Assembly: GCA_964057225.1 (NCBI GenBank)
Contig: OZ059896.1
Location: forward strand, 22,816,001 to 22,880,000
Source: Auanema rhodensis
Taxonomy: Eukaryota; Animalia; Nematoda
Direction: 5' to 3'
DNA length: 64,000 nucleotides
Shown: positions 25,301-40,000 of the stretch, piece after piece
How positions within the stretch are numbered: position 1 is the first letter of the stretch
Layout: every line of letters starts with the position of its first letter
Translations under genes and position numbers: made by a program
The notes under the pieces: generated by a model
The model's database searches: none
What the model was told of the DNA's origin: nothing
Seen by the model: only the letters and a program-made list of their open reading frames with translations

Positions 25301-28300
25301 ATTAATATTGGTTCATGGTAACCATGTCTTTGAAATTTACGTGAACTCTAATTTATGCTAATTAAATGTACACGTGATGTGCACTTGGTATGTAACTCGC
25401 TTCACGTGAAAGAGAAAGAGATGCGGTTTTCAAAATTAGATTCCCCATGTCCATATTAGTCTAAAAACAAATTTTTATTGATATTGGTTCATGGTAACCA
25501 TGACTTTGAAATTTACGTGAACTTTAATTTATGCTAATTAAATTTACACGTGATGTGCACTTGGTATGTAACTCGCTTCACGTGGAAGATAAAGAGATGC
25601 GGTTTTCAAAATTAGATTCCCCATGTCCATATTAGTCTAAAAACAAATTTTTATTGATATTGGTTCATGGTAACCATGACTTTGAAATTTACGTGAACTT
25701 TAATTTATGCTAATTAAATGTACACGTGATGTGCACTTGGTATGTAACTCGCTTCACGTGAAAGATAAAGAGAGGCGGTTTTCAAAATTAGATTCCCCAT
25801 GTCCATATTAGTCTAAAAACAAATTTTTATTAATATTGGTTCATGGTAACCATGTCTTTGAAATTTACGTGATCTTTAATTTATGCTAATTAAATGTACA
25901 CGTGATGTGCACTTGGTATGTAACTCGCTTCACGTGAAAGATAAAGAGATGCGGTTTTCAAAATTAGATTCCCCATATCCATATTAGTCTAGAAACAAAT
26001 TTCTATTGATATTGGTTTATGGTAACCATATCTTTGAAATTTACGTGAACTTTAATTTATGCTAATTAAATGTACACGTGATGTGCACTTGGTATGTAAC
26101 TCGCTTCACGTGAAAGATAAAGAGATGCGGTTTTCAAAATTAGATTCCCCATGTCCATATTAGTCTAGAAACAAATTTCTATTGATATTGGTTTATGGTA
26201 ACCATATCTTTGAAATTTACGTGAACTTTAATTTATGCTAATTAAATGTACACGTGATGTGCACTTGGTATGTAACTCGCTTCACGTGAAAGATAAAGAG
26301 ATGCGGTTTTCAAAATTAGATTCCCCATGTCCATATTAGTCTAAAAACAAATTTTTATTGATATTGGTTGATGGTAACCATGACTTTGAAATTTACGTGA
26401 ACTTTAATTTATGCTAATTAAATGTACACGTGATGTGCACTTGGTATGTAACTCGCTTCACGTGAAAGATAAAGAGATGCGGTTTTCAAAATTAGATTCC
26501 CCATGTCCATATTAGTCTAAAAACAAATTTTTATTAATATTGGTTCATGGTAACCATGTCTTTGAAATTTACGTGAACTTTAATTTATGCTAATTAAATG
26601 TACACGTGATGTGCACTTGGTATGTAACTCGCTTCACGTGAAAGATAAAGAGATGCGGTTTTCAAAATTAGATTCCCCATGTCCATATTAGTCTAAAAAC
26701 AAATTTTTATTGATATTGGTTCATGGTAACCATGACTTTGAAATTTACGTGAACTTTAATTTATGCTAATTAAATGTACACGTGATGTGCACTTGGTATG
26801 TAACTCGCTTCACGTGAAAGATAAAGAGATGCGGTTTTCAAAATTAGATTCCCCATGTCCATATTAGTCTAAAAACAAATTTTTATTGATATTGGTTCAT
26901 GGTAACCATGACTTTGAAATTTACGTGAACTTTAATTTATGCTAATTAAATGTACACGTGATGTGCACTTGGTATGTAACTCGCTTCACGTGAAAGATAA
27001 AGAGATGCGGTTTTCAAAATTAGATTCCCCATGTCCATATTAGTCTAAAAACAAATTTTTATTGATATTGGTTCATGGTAACCATGACTTTGAAATTTAC
27101 GTGAACTTTAATTTATGCTAATTAAATGTACACGTGATGTGCACTTGGTATGTAACTCGCTTCACGTGAAAGATAAAGAGATGCGGTTTTCAAAATTAGA
27201 TTCCCCATGTCCATATTAGTCTAAAAACAAATTTCTATCGATATTGGTTTATGGTAACCATGTCTTTGAAATTTACGTGAACTTTAATTTATGCTAATTA
27301 AATCTACACGTGATGTGCACTTGGTATGTAACTCGCTTCACGTGAAAAATAAAGAGATACGGTTTTCAAAATTAGATTCCCCATGTCCATATTAGTCTAA
27401 AAACAAATTTTTATTGATATTGGTTCATGGTAACCATGACTTTGAAATTTACGTGAACTTTAATTTATGCTAATTAAATCTACACGTGATGTGCACTTGG
27501 TATGTAACTCGCTTCACGTGAAAGATAAAGAGATGCGGTTTTCAAAATTAGATTCCCCATGTCCATATTAGTCTAAAAACAAATTTTTATTGATATTGGT
27601 TCATGGTAACCATGACTTTGAAATTTACGTGAACTTTAATTTATGCTAATTAAATGTACACGTGATGTGCACTTGGTATGTAACTCGCTTCACGTGAAAG
27701 ATAAAGAGATGCGGTTTTCAAAATTAGATTCCCCATGTCCATATTAGCCTAAAAACAAATTTTTATTGATATTGGTTGATGGTAACCATGACTTTGAAAT
27801 TTACGTGAACTTTAATTTATGCTAATTAAATGTACACGTGATGTGCACTTGGTATGTAACTCGCTTCACGTGAAAGATAAAGAGATGCGGTTTTCAAAAT
27901 TAGATTCCCCATGTCCATATTAGTCTAAAAACAAATTTTTATTAATATTGGTTCATGGTAACCATGTCTTTGAAATTTACGTGAACTTTAATTTATGCTA
28001 ATTAAATGTACACGTGATGTGCACTTGGTATGTAACTCGCTTCACGTGAAAGATAAAGAGATGCGCTTTTCAAAATTAGATTCCCCATGTCCATATTAGT
28101 CTAAAAACAAATTTTTATTAATATTGGTTCATGGTAACCATGACTTTGAAATTTACGTGAACTTTAATTTATGCTAATTAAATGTACACGTGATGTGCAC
28201 TTGGTATGTAACTCGCTTCACGTGAAAGATGAAGAGATGCGGTTTTCAAAATTAGATTCCCCATGTCCATATTAGTCTAAAAACAAATTTTTATTGATAT

Positions 28301-29508
28301 TGGTTGATGGTAACCATGACTTTGAAATTTACGTGAACTTTAATTTATGCTAATTAAATGTACACGTGATGTGCACTTGGTATGTAACTCGCTTCACGTG
28401 AAAGATAAAGAGATGCGGTTTTCAAAATTAGATTCCCCATGTCCATATTAGTTTAAAAACAAATTTTTATTAATATTGGTTCATGGTAACCATGTCTTTG
28501 AAATTTACGTGAACTCTAATTTATGCTAATTAAATGTACACGTGATGTGCACTTGGTATGTAACTCGCTTCACGTGAAAGAGAAAGAGATGCGGTTTTCA
28601 AAATTAGATTCCCCATGTCCATATTAGTCTAAAAACAAATTTTTATTGATATTGGTTCATGGTAACCATGACTTTGAAATTTACGTGAACTTTAATTTAT
28701 GCTAATTAAATTTACACGTGATGTGCACTTGGTATGTAACTCGCTTCACGTGAAAGATAAAGAGATGCGGTTTTCAAAATTAGATTCCCCATGTCCATAT
28801 TAGTCTAAAAACAAATTTTTATTGATATTGGTTCATGGTAACCATGACTTTGAAATTTACGTGAACTTTAATTTATGCTAATTAAATGTACACGTGATGT
28901 GCACTTGGTATGTAACTCGCTTCACGTGAAAGATAAAGAGAGGCGGTTTTCAAAATTAGATTCCCCATGTCCATATTAGTCTAAAAACAAATTTTTATTA
29001 ATATTGGTTCATGGTAACCATGTCTTTGAAATTTACGTGATCTTTAATTTATGCTAATTAAATGTACACGTGATGTGCACTTGGTATGTAACTCGCTTCA
29101 CGTGAAAGATAAAGAGATGCGGTTTTCAAAATTAGATTCCCCATATCCATATTAGTCTAGAAACAAATTTCTATTGATATTGGTTTATGGTAACCATATC
29201 TTTGAAATTTACGTGAACTTTAATTTATGCTAATTAAATGTACACGTGATGTGCACTTGGTATGTAACTCGCTTCACGTGAAAGATAAAGAGATGCGGTT
29301 TTCAAAATTAGATTCCCCATGTCCATATTAGTCTAGAAACAAATTTCTATTGATATTGGTTTATGGTAACCATATCTTTGAAATTTACGTGAACTTTAAT
29401 TTATGCTAATTAAATGTACACGTGATGTGCACTTGGTATGTAACTCGCTTCACGTGAAAGATAAAGAGATGCGGTTTTCAAAATTAGATTCCCCATGTCC
29501 ATATTAGT
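19301..29508. repeat. Tandem duplication of a 29-monomer (5104 bp) higher-order unit
   Basis: Rare variants recur at +5104: CGTGGAAG 20481/25585, GCGCTT 19618/24722 and 22962/28066, TAGCCT 22644/27748, GATGAAG 23127/28231, GAGAGGC 20670/25774 and 23838/28942. Boundaries are approximate. Confidence 0.9.
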
Positions 29509-29689
29509 CTAAAAACAAATTTTTATTGATATTGGTTGATGGTAACCATGACTTTGAAATTTACGTGAACTTTAATTTATGCTAATTAAATGTACACGTG
29601 ATGTGCACTTGGTATGTAACTCGCTTCACGTGAAAGATAAAGAGATGCGGTTTTCAAAATTAGATTCCCCATGTCCATATTAGTCAAAA

Positions 29690-32600
29690 AACAAATTTTT
29701 ATTAATATTGGTTCATGGTAACCATGTCTTTGAAATTTACGTGAACTTTAATTTATGCTAATTAAATGTACACGTGATGTGCACTTGGTATGTAACTCGC
29801 TTCACGTGAAAGATAAAGAGATGCGGTTTTCAAAATTAGATTCCCCATGTCCATATTAGTCTAAAAACAAATTTTTATTAATATTGGTTCATGGTAACCA
29901 TGTCTTTGAAATTTACGTGAACTTTAATTTATGCTAATTAAATGTACACGTGATGTGCACTTGGTATGTAACTCGCTTCACGTGAAAGATAAAGAGATGC
30001 GGTTTTCAAAATTAGATTCCCCATGTCCATATTAGTCTAAAAACAAATTTTTATTGATATTGGTTCATGGTAACCATGACTTTGAAATTTACGTGAACTT
30101 TAATTTATGCTAATTAAATGTACACGTGATGTGCACTTGGTATGTAACTCGCTTCACGTGAAAGATAAAGAGATGCGGTTTTCAAAATTAGATTCCCCAT
30201 GTCCATATTAGTCTAAAAACAAATTTTTATTGATATTGGTTGATGGTAACCATGACTTTGAAATTTACGTGAACTTTAATTTATGCTAATTAAATGTACA
30301 CGTGATGTGCACTTGGTATGTAACTCGCTTCACGTGAAAGATAAAGAGATGCGGTTTTCAAAATTAGATTCCCCATGTCCATATTAGTCTAAAAACAAAT
30401 TTTTATTAATATTGGTTCATGGTAACCATGTCTTTGAAATTTACGTGAACTCTAATTTATGCTAATTAAATGTACACGTGATGTGCACTTGGTATGTAAC
30501 TCGCTTCACGTGAAAGAGAAAGAGATGCGGTTTTCAAAATTAGATTCCCCATGTCCATATTAGTCTAAAAACAAATTTTTATTGATATTGGTTCATGGTA
30601 ACCATGACTTTGAAATTTACGTGATCTTTAATTTATGCTAATTAAATGTACACGTGATGTGCACTTGGTATGTAACTCGCTTCACGTAAAAGATAAAAAG
30701 ATGCAGTTTTCAAAATTAGATTCCCCATGTCCATATTAGTCTAAAAACAAATTTTTATTGATATTGGTTCATGGTAACCATGACTTTGAAATTTACGTGA
30801 TCTTTAATTTATGCTAATTAAATGTACACGTGATGTGCACTTGGTATGTAACTCGCTTCACGTGAAAGATAAAGAGATGCGGTTTTCAAAATTAGATTCC
30901 CCATGTCCATATTAGTCTAGAAACAAATTTCTATTTATATTGGTTTATGGTAACCATATCTTTGAAATTTACGTGAACTTTAATTTATGCTAATTAAATG
31001 TACACGTGATGTGCACTTGGTATGTAACTCGCTTCACGTGAAAGATAAAGAGATGCGGTTTTCAAAATTAGATTCCCCATGTCCATATTAGTCTAGAAAC
31101 AAATTTCTATTGATATTGGTTTATGGTAACCATATCTTTGAAATTTACGTGAACTTTAATTTATGCTAATTAAATGTACACGTGATGTGCACTTGGTATG
31201 TAACTCGCTTCACGTGAAAGATAAAAAGATGCAGTTTTCAAAATTAGATTCCCCATGTCCATATTAGTCTAAAAACAAATTTTTATTGATATTGGTTGAT
31301 GGTAACCATGACTTTGAAATTTACGTGAACTTTAATTTATGCTAATTAAATGTACACGTGATGTGCACTTGGTATGTAACTCGCTTCACGTGAAAGATAA
31401 AGAGATGCGGTTTTCAAAATTAGATTCCCCATGTCCATATTAGTCTAAAAACAAATTTTTATTGATATTGGTTCATGGTAACCATGACTTTGAAATTTAC
31501 GTGAACTTTAATTTATGCTAATTAAATTTACACGTGATGTGCACTTGGTATGTAACTCGCTTCACGTGAAAGATAAAGAGATGCGGTTTTCAAAATTAGA
31601 TTCCCCATGTCCATATTAGTCTAAAAACAAATTTTTATTGATATTGGTTCATGGTAACCATGACTTTGAAATTTACGTGAACTTTAATTTATGCTAATTA
31701 AATGTACACGTGATGTGCACTTGGTATGTAACTCGCTTCACGTGAAAGATAAAGAGATGCGGTTTTCAAAATTAGATTCCCCATGTCCATATTAGTCTAG
31801 AAACAAATTTCTATTTATATTGGTTTATGGTAACCATATCTTTGAAATTTACGTGATCTTTAATTTATGCTAATTAAATGTACACGTGATGTGCACTTGG
31901 TATGTAACTCGCTTCACGTAAAAGATAAAAAGATGCAGTTTTCAAAATTAGATTCCCCATGTCCATATTAGTCTAAAAACAAATTTTTATTGATATTGGT
32001 TCATGGTAACCATGACTTTGAAATTTACGTGATCTTTAATTTATGCTAATTAAATGTACACGTGATGTGCACTTGGTATGTAACTCGCTTCACGTGAAAG
32101 ATAAAGAGATGCGGTTTTCAAAATTAGATTCCCCATGTCCATATTAGTCTAGAAACAAATTTCTATTTATATTGGTTTATGGTAACCATATCTTTGAAAT
32201 TTACGTGAACTTTAATTTATGCTAATTAAATGTACACGTGATGTGCACTTGGTATGTAACTCGCTTCACGTGAAAGATAAAGAGATGCGGTTTTCAAAAT
32301 TAGATTCCCCATGTCCATATTAGTCTAGAAACAAATTTCTATTGATATTGGTTTATGGTAACCATATCTTTGAAATTTACGTGAACTTTAATTTATGCTA
32401 ATTAAATGTACACGTGATGTGCACTTGGTATGTAACTCGCTTCACGTGAAAGATAAAAAGATGCAGTTTTCAAAATTAGATTCCCCATGTCCATATTAGT
32501 CTAAAAACAAATTTTTATTGATATTGGTTCATGGTAACCATGACTTTGAAATTTACGTGATCTTTAATTTATGCTAATTAAATGTACACGTGATGTGCAC

Positions 32601-35600
32601 TTGGTATGTAACTCGCTTCACGTGAAAGATAAAAAGATGCAGTTTTCAAAATTAGATTCCCCATGTCCATATTAGTCTAAAAACAAATTTCTATTGATAT
32701 TGGTTTATGGTAACCATATCTTTGAAATTTACGTGAACTTTAATTTATGCTAATTAAATGTACACGTGATGTGCACTTGGTATGTAACTCGCTTCACGTG
32801 AAAGATAAAGAGATGCGGTTTTCAAAATTAGATTCCCCATGTCCATATTAGTCTAAAAACAAATTTTTATTGATATTGGTTCATGGTAACCATGACTTTG
32901 AAATTTACGTGAACTTTAATTTATGCTAATTAAATTTACACGTGATGTGCACTTGGTATGTAACTCGCTTCACGTGAAAGATAAAGAGATGCGGTTTTCA
33001 AAATTAGATTCCCCATGTCCATATTAGTCTAAAAACAAATTTTTATTGATATTGGTTCATGGTAACCATGACTTTGAAATTTACGTGAACTTTAATTTAT
33101 GCTAATTAAATGTACACGTGATGTGCACTTGGTATGTAACTCGCTTCACGTGAAAGATAAAGAGATACGGTTTTCAAAATTAGATTCCCCATGTCCATAT
33201 TAGTCTAAAAACAAATTTTTATTAATATTGGTTCATGGTAACCATGTCTTTGAAATTTACGTGATCTTTAATTTATGCTAATTAAATGTACACGTGATGT
33301 GCACTTGGTATGTAACTCGCTTCACGTGAAAGATAAAGAGATGCGGTTTTCAAAATTAGATTCCCCATGTCCATATTAGTCTAGAAACAAATTTCTATTG
33401 ATATTGGTTTATGGTAACCATATCTTTGAAATTTACGTGAACTTTAATTTATGCTAATTAAATGTACACGTGATGTGCACTTGGTATGTAACTCGCTTCA
33501 CGTGAAAGATAAAAAGATGCAGTTTTCAAAATTAGATTCCCCATGTCCATATTAGTCTAAAAACAAATTTTTATTGATATTGGTTCATGGTAACCATGAC
33601 TTTGAAATTTACGTGATCTTTAATTTATGCTAATTAAATGTACACGTGATGTGCACTTGGTATGTAACTCGCTTCACGTGAAAGATAAAAAGATGCAGTT
33701 TTCAAAATTAGATTCCCCATGTCCATATTAGTCTAAAAACAAATTTCTATTGATATTGGTTTATGGTAACCATATCTTTGAAATTTACGTGAACTTTAAT
33801 TTATGCTAATTAAATGTACACGTGATGTGCACTTGGTATGTAACTCGCTTCACGTGAAAGATAAAGAGATGCGGTTTTCAAAATTAGATTCCCCATGTCC
33901 ATATTAGTCTAAAAACAAATTTTTATTGATATTGGTTCATGGTAACCATGACTTTGAAATTTACGTGAACTTTAATTTATGCTAATTAAATTTACACGTG
34001 ATGTGCACTTGGTATGTAACTCGCTTCACGTGAAAGATAAAGAGATGCGGTTTTCAAAATTAGATTCCCCATGTCCATATTAGTCTAAAAACAAATTTTT
34101 ATTGATATTGGTTCATGGTAACCATGACTTTGAAATTTACGTGAACTTTAATTTATGCTAATTAAATGTACACGTGATGTGCACTTGGTATGTAACTCGC
34201 TTCACGTGAAAGATAAAGAGATACGGTTTTCAAAATTAGATTCCCCATGTCCATATTAGTCTAAAAACAAATTTTTATTAATATTGGTTCATGGTAACCA
34301 TGTCTTTGAAATTTACGTGATCTTTAATTTATGCTAATTAAATGTACACGTGATGTGCACTTGGTATGTAACTCGCTTCACGTGAAAGATAAAGAGATGC
34401 GGTTTTCAAAATTAGATTCCCCATGTCCATATTAGTCTAAAAACAAATTTTTATTAATATTGGTTCATGGTAACCATGTCTTTGAAATTTACGTGATCTT
34501 TAATTTATGCTAATTAAATGTACACGTGATGTGCACTTGGTATGTAACTCGCTTCACGTGAAAGATAAAGAGATGCGGTTTTCAAAATTAGATTTCCCAT
34601 GTCCATATTAGTCTAGAAACAAATTTCTATTGATATTGGTTTATGGTAACCATATCTTTGAAATTTACGTGAACTTTAATTTATGCTAATTAAATGTACA
34701 CGTGATGTGCACTTGGTATGTAACTCGCTTCACGTGAAAGATAAAGAGATGCGGTTTTCAAAATTAGATTTCCCATGTCCATATTAGTCTAGAAACAAAT
34801 TTCTATTGATATTGGTTTATGGTAACCATATCTTTGAAATTTACGTGAACTTTAATTTATGCTAATTAAATGTACACGTGATGTGCACTTGGTATGTAAC
34901 TCGCTTCACGTGAAAGATAAAGAGATGCGGTTTTCAAAATTAGATTCCCCATGTCCATATTAGTCTAAAAACAAATTTTTATTAATATTGGTTCATGGTA
35001 ACCATGTCTTTGAAATTTACGTGAACTTTAATTTATGCTAATTAAATGTACACGTGATGTGCACTTGGTATGTAACTCGCTTCACGTGAAAGATAAAGAG
35101 ATGCGGTTTTCAAAATTAGATTCCCCATGTCCATATTAGTCTAAAAACAAATTTTTATTAATATTGGTTCATGGTAACCATGTCTTTGAAATTTACGTGA
35201 ACTTTAATTTATGCTAATTAAATGTACACGTGATGTGCACTTGGTATGTAACTCGCTTCACGTGAAAGATAAAGAGATGCGGTTTTCAAAATTAGATTCC
35301 CCATGTCCATATTAGTCTAAAAACAAATTTTTATTGATATTGGTTCATGGTAACCATGACTTTGAAATTTACGTGAACTTTAATTTATGCTAATTAAATG
35401 TACACGTGATGTGCACTTGGTATGTAACTCGCTTCACGTGAAAGATAAAGAGATGCGGTTTTCAAAATTAGATTCCCCATGTCCATATTAGTCTAAAAAC
35501 AAATTTTTATTGATATTGGTTGATGGTAACCATGACTTTGAAATTTACGTGAACTTTAATTTATGCTAATTAAATGTACACGTGATGTGCACTTGGTATG

Positions 35601-37079
35601 TAACTCGCTTCACGTGAAAGATAAAGAGATGCGGTTTTCAAAATTAGATTCCCCATGTCCATATTAGTCTAAAAACAAATTTTTATTAATATTGGTTCAT
35701 GGTAACCATGTCTTTGAAATTTACGTGAACTCTAATTTATGCTAATTAAATGTACACGTGATGTGCACTTGGTATGTAACTCGCTTCACGTGAAAGAGAA
35801 AGAGATGCGGTTTTCAAAATTAGATTCCCCATGTCCATATTAGTCTAAAAACAAATTTTTATTGATATTGGTTCATGGTAACCATGACTTTGAAATTTAC
35901 GTGATCTTTAATTTATGCTAATTAAATGTACACGTGATGTGCACTTGGTATGTAACTCGCTTCACGTAAAAGATAAAAAGATGCAGTTTTCAAAATTAGA
36001 TTCCCCATGTCCATATTAGTCTAAAAACAAATTTTTATTGATATTGGTTCATGGTAACCATGACTTTGAAATTTACGTGATCTTTAATTTATGCTAATTA
36101 AATGTACACGTGATGTGCACTTGGTATGTAACTCGCTTCACGTGAAAGATAAAGAGATGCGGTTTTCAAAATTAGATTCCCCATGTCCATATTAGTCTAG
36201 AAACAAATTTCTATTTATATTGGTTTATGGTAACCATATCTTTGAAATTTACGTGAACTTTAATTTATGCTAATTAAATGTACACGTGATGTGCACTTGG
36301 TATGTAACTCGCTTCACGTGAAAGATAAAGAGATGCGGTTTTCAAAATTAGATTCCCCATGTCCATATTAGTCTAGAAACAAATTTCTATTGATATTGGT
36401 TTATGGTAACCATATCTTTGAAATTTACGTGAACTTTAATTTATGCTAATTAAATGTACACGTGATGTGCACTTGGTATGTAACTCGCTTCACGTGAAAG
36501 ATAAAAAGATGCAGTTTTCAAAATTAGATTCCCCATGTCCATATTAGTCTAAAAACAAATTTTTATTGATATTGGTTGATGGTAACCATGACTTTGAAAT
36601 TTACGTGAACTTTAATTTATGCTAATTAAATGTACACGTGATGTGCACTTGGTATGTAACTCGCTTCACGTGAAAGATAAAGAGATGCGGTTTTCAAAAT
36701 TAGATTCCCCATGTCCATATTAGTCTAAAAACAAATTTTTATTGATATTGGTTCATGGTAACCATGACTTTGAAATTTACGTGAACTTTAATTTATGCTA
36801 ATTAAATTTACACGTGATGTGCACTTGGTATGTAACTCGCTTCACGTGAAAGATAAAGAGATGCGGTTTTCAAAATTAGATTCCCCATGTCCATATTAGT
36901 CTAAAAACAAATTTTTATTGATATTGGTTCATGGTAACCATGACTTTGAAATTTACGTGAACTTTAATTTATGCTAATTAAATGTACACGTGATGTGCAC
37001 TTGGTATGTAACTCGCTTCACGTGAAAGATAAAGAGATGCGGTTTTCAAAATTAGATTCCCCATGTCCATATTAGTCTA
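29690..37079. repeat. About 12-monomer block (~29690-31799) copied 5280 bp (30 monomers) downstream (~34970-37079)
   Basis: The same ordered variants appear in lines 30421/35701 (GAACTCT), 30661/35941 (CACGTAAAAG), 30901/36181 (CTATTTAT), 31261/36541 (GTTGAT) and 31501/36781 (AAATTTAC). Identity breaks at 31800/37080. Confidence 0.85.
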
Positions 37080-40000
37080 AAAACAAATTTTTATTAATAT
37101 TGGTTCATGGTAACCATGTCTTTGAAATTTACGTGATCTTTAATTTATGCTAATTAAATGTACACGTGATGTGCACTTGGTATGTAACTCGCTTCACGTG
37201 AAAGATAAAGAGATGCGGTTTTCAAAATTAGATTTCCCATGTCCATATTAGTCTAGAAACAAATTTCTATTGATATTGGTTTATGGTAACCATATCTTTG
37301 AAATTTACGTGAACTTTAATTTATGCTAATTAAATGTACACGTGATGTGCACTTGGTATGTAACTCGCTTCACGTGAAAGATAAAGAGATGCGGTTTTCA
37401 AAATTAGATTTCCCATGTCCATATTAGTCTAGAAACAAATTTCTATTGATATTGGTTTATGGTAACCATATCTTTGAAATTTACGTGAACTTTAATTTAT
37501 GCTAATTAAATGTACACGTGATGTGCACTTGGTATGTAACTCGCTTCACGTAAAAGATAAAAAGATGCAGTTTTCAAAATTAGATTCCCCATGTCCATAT
37601 TAGTCTAAAAACAAATTTTTATTGATATTGGTTCATGGTAACCATGACTTTGAAATTTACGTGATCTTTAATTTATGCTAATTAAATGTACACGTGATGT
37701 GCACTTGGTATGTAACTCGCTTCACGTGAAAGATAAAGAGATGCGGTTTTCAAAATTAGATTCCCCATGTCCATATTAGTCTAGAAACAAATTTCTATTT
37801 ATATTGGTTTATGGTAACCATATCTTTGAAATTTACGTGAACTTTAATTTATGCTAATTAAATGTACACGTGATGTGCACTTGGTATGTAACTCGCTTCA
37901 CGTGAAAGATAAAGAGATGCGGTTTTCAAAATTAGATTCCCCATGTCCATATTAGTCTAGAAACAAATTTCTATTGATATTGGTTTATGGTAACCATATC
38001 TTTGAAATTTACGTGAACTTTAATTTATGCTAATTAAATGTACACGTGATGTGCACTTGGTATGTAACTCGCTTCACGTGAAAGATAAAAAGATGCAGTT
38101 TTCAAAATTAGATTCCCCATGTCCATATTAGTCTAAAAACAAATTTTTATTGATATTGGTTCATGGTAACCATGACTTTGAAATTTACGTGATCTTTAAT
38201 TTATGCTAATTAAATGTACACGTGATGTGCACTTGGTATGTAACTCGCTTCACGTGAAAGATAAAAAGATGCAGTTTTCAAAATTAGATTCCCCATGTCC
38301 ATATTAGTCTAAAAACAAATTTCTATTGATATTGGTTTATGGTAACCATATCTTTGAAATTTACGTGAACTTTAATTTATGCTAATTAAATGTACACGTG
38401 ATGTGCACTTGGTATGTAACTCGCTTCACGTGAAAGATAAAGAGATGCGGTTTTCAAAATTAGATTCCCCATGTCCATATTAGTCTAAAAACAAATTTTT
38501 ATTGATATTGGTTCATGGTAACCATGACTTTGAAATTTACGTGAACTTTAATTTATGCTAATTAAATTTACACGTGATGTGCACTTGGTATGTAACTCGC
38601 TTCACGTGAAAGATAAAGAGATGCGGTTTTCAAAATTAGATTCCCCATGTCCATATTAGTCTAAAAACAAATTTTTATTGATATTGGTTCATGGTAACCA
38701 TGACTTTGAAATTTACGTGAACTTTAATTTATGCTAATTAAATGTACACGTGATGTGCACTTGGTATGTAACTCGCTTCACGTGAAAGATAAAGAGATGC
38801 GGTTTTCAAAATTAGATTCCCCATGTCCATATTAGTCTAAAAACAAATTTTTATTAATATTGGTTCATGGTAACCATGTCTTTGAAATTTACGTGATCTT
38901 TAATTTATGCTAATTAAATGTACACGTGATGTGCACTTGGTATGTAACTCGCTTCACGTGAAAGATAAAGAGATGCGGTTTTCAAAATTAGATTTCCCAT
39001 GTCCATATTAGTCTAGAAACAAATTTCTATTGATATTGGTTTATGGTAACCATATCTTTGAAATTTACGTGAACTTTAATTTATGCTAATTAAATGTACA
39101 CGTGATGTGCACTTGGTATGTAACTCGCTTCACGTAAAAGATAAAAAGATGCAGTTTTCAAAATTAGATTCCCCATGTCCATATTAGTCTAAAAACAAAT
39201 TTTTATTGATATTGGTTCATGGTAACCATGACTTTGAAATTTACGTGATCTTTAATTTATGCTAATTAAATGTACACGTGATGTGCACTTGGTATGTAAC
39301 TCGCTTCACGTGAAAGATAAAGAGATGCGGTTTTCAAAATTAGATTCCCCATGTCCATATTAGTCTAGAAACAAATTTCTATTTATATTGGTTTATGGTA
39401 ACCATATCTTTGAAATTTACGTGAACTTTAATTTATGCTAATTAAATGTACACGTGATGTGCACTTGGTATGTAACTCGCTTCACGTGAAAGATAAAGAG
39501 ATGCGGTTTTCAAAATTAGATTCCCCATGTCCATATTAGTCTAGAAGCAAATTTCTATTGATATTGGTTTATGGTAACCATATCTTTGAAATTTACGTGA
39601 ACTTTAATTTATGCTAATTAAATGTACACGTGATGTGCACTTGGTATGTAACTCGCTTCACGTGAAAGATAAAAAGATGCAGTTTTCAAAATTAGATTCC
39701 CCATGTCCATATTAGTCTAAAAACAAATTTTTATTGATATTGGTTCATGGTAACCATGACTTTGAAATTTACGTGATCTTTAATTTATGCTAATTAAATG
39801 TACACGTGATGTGCACTTGGTATGTAACTCGCTTCACGTGAAAGATAAAAAGATGCAGTTTTCAAAATTAGATTCCCCATGTCCATATTAGTCTAAAAAC
39901 AAATTTCTATTGATATTGGTTTATGGTAACCATATCTTTGAAATTTACGTGAACTTTAATTTATGCTAATTAAATGTACACGTGATGTGCACTTGGTATG

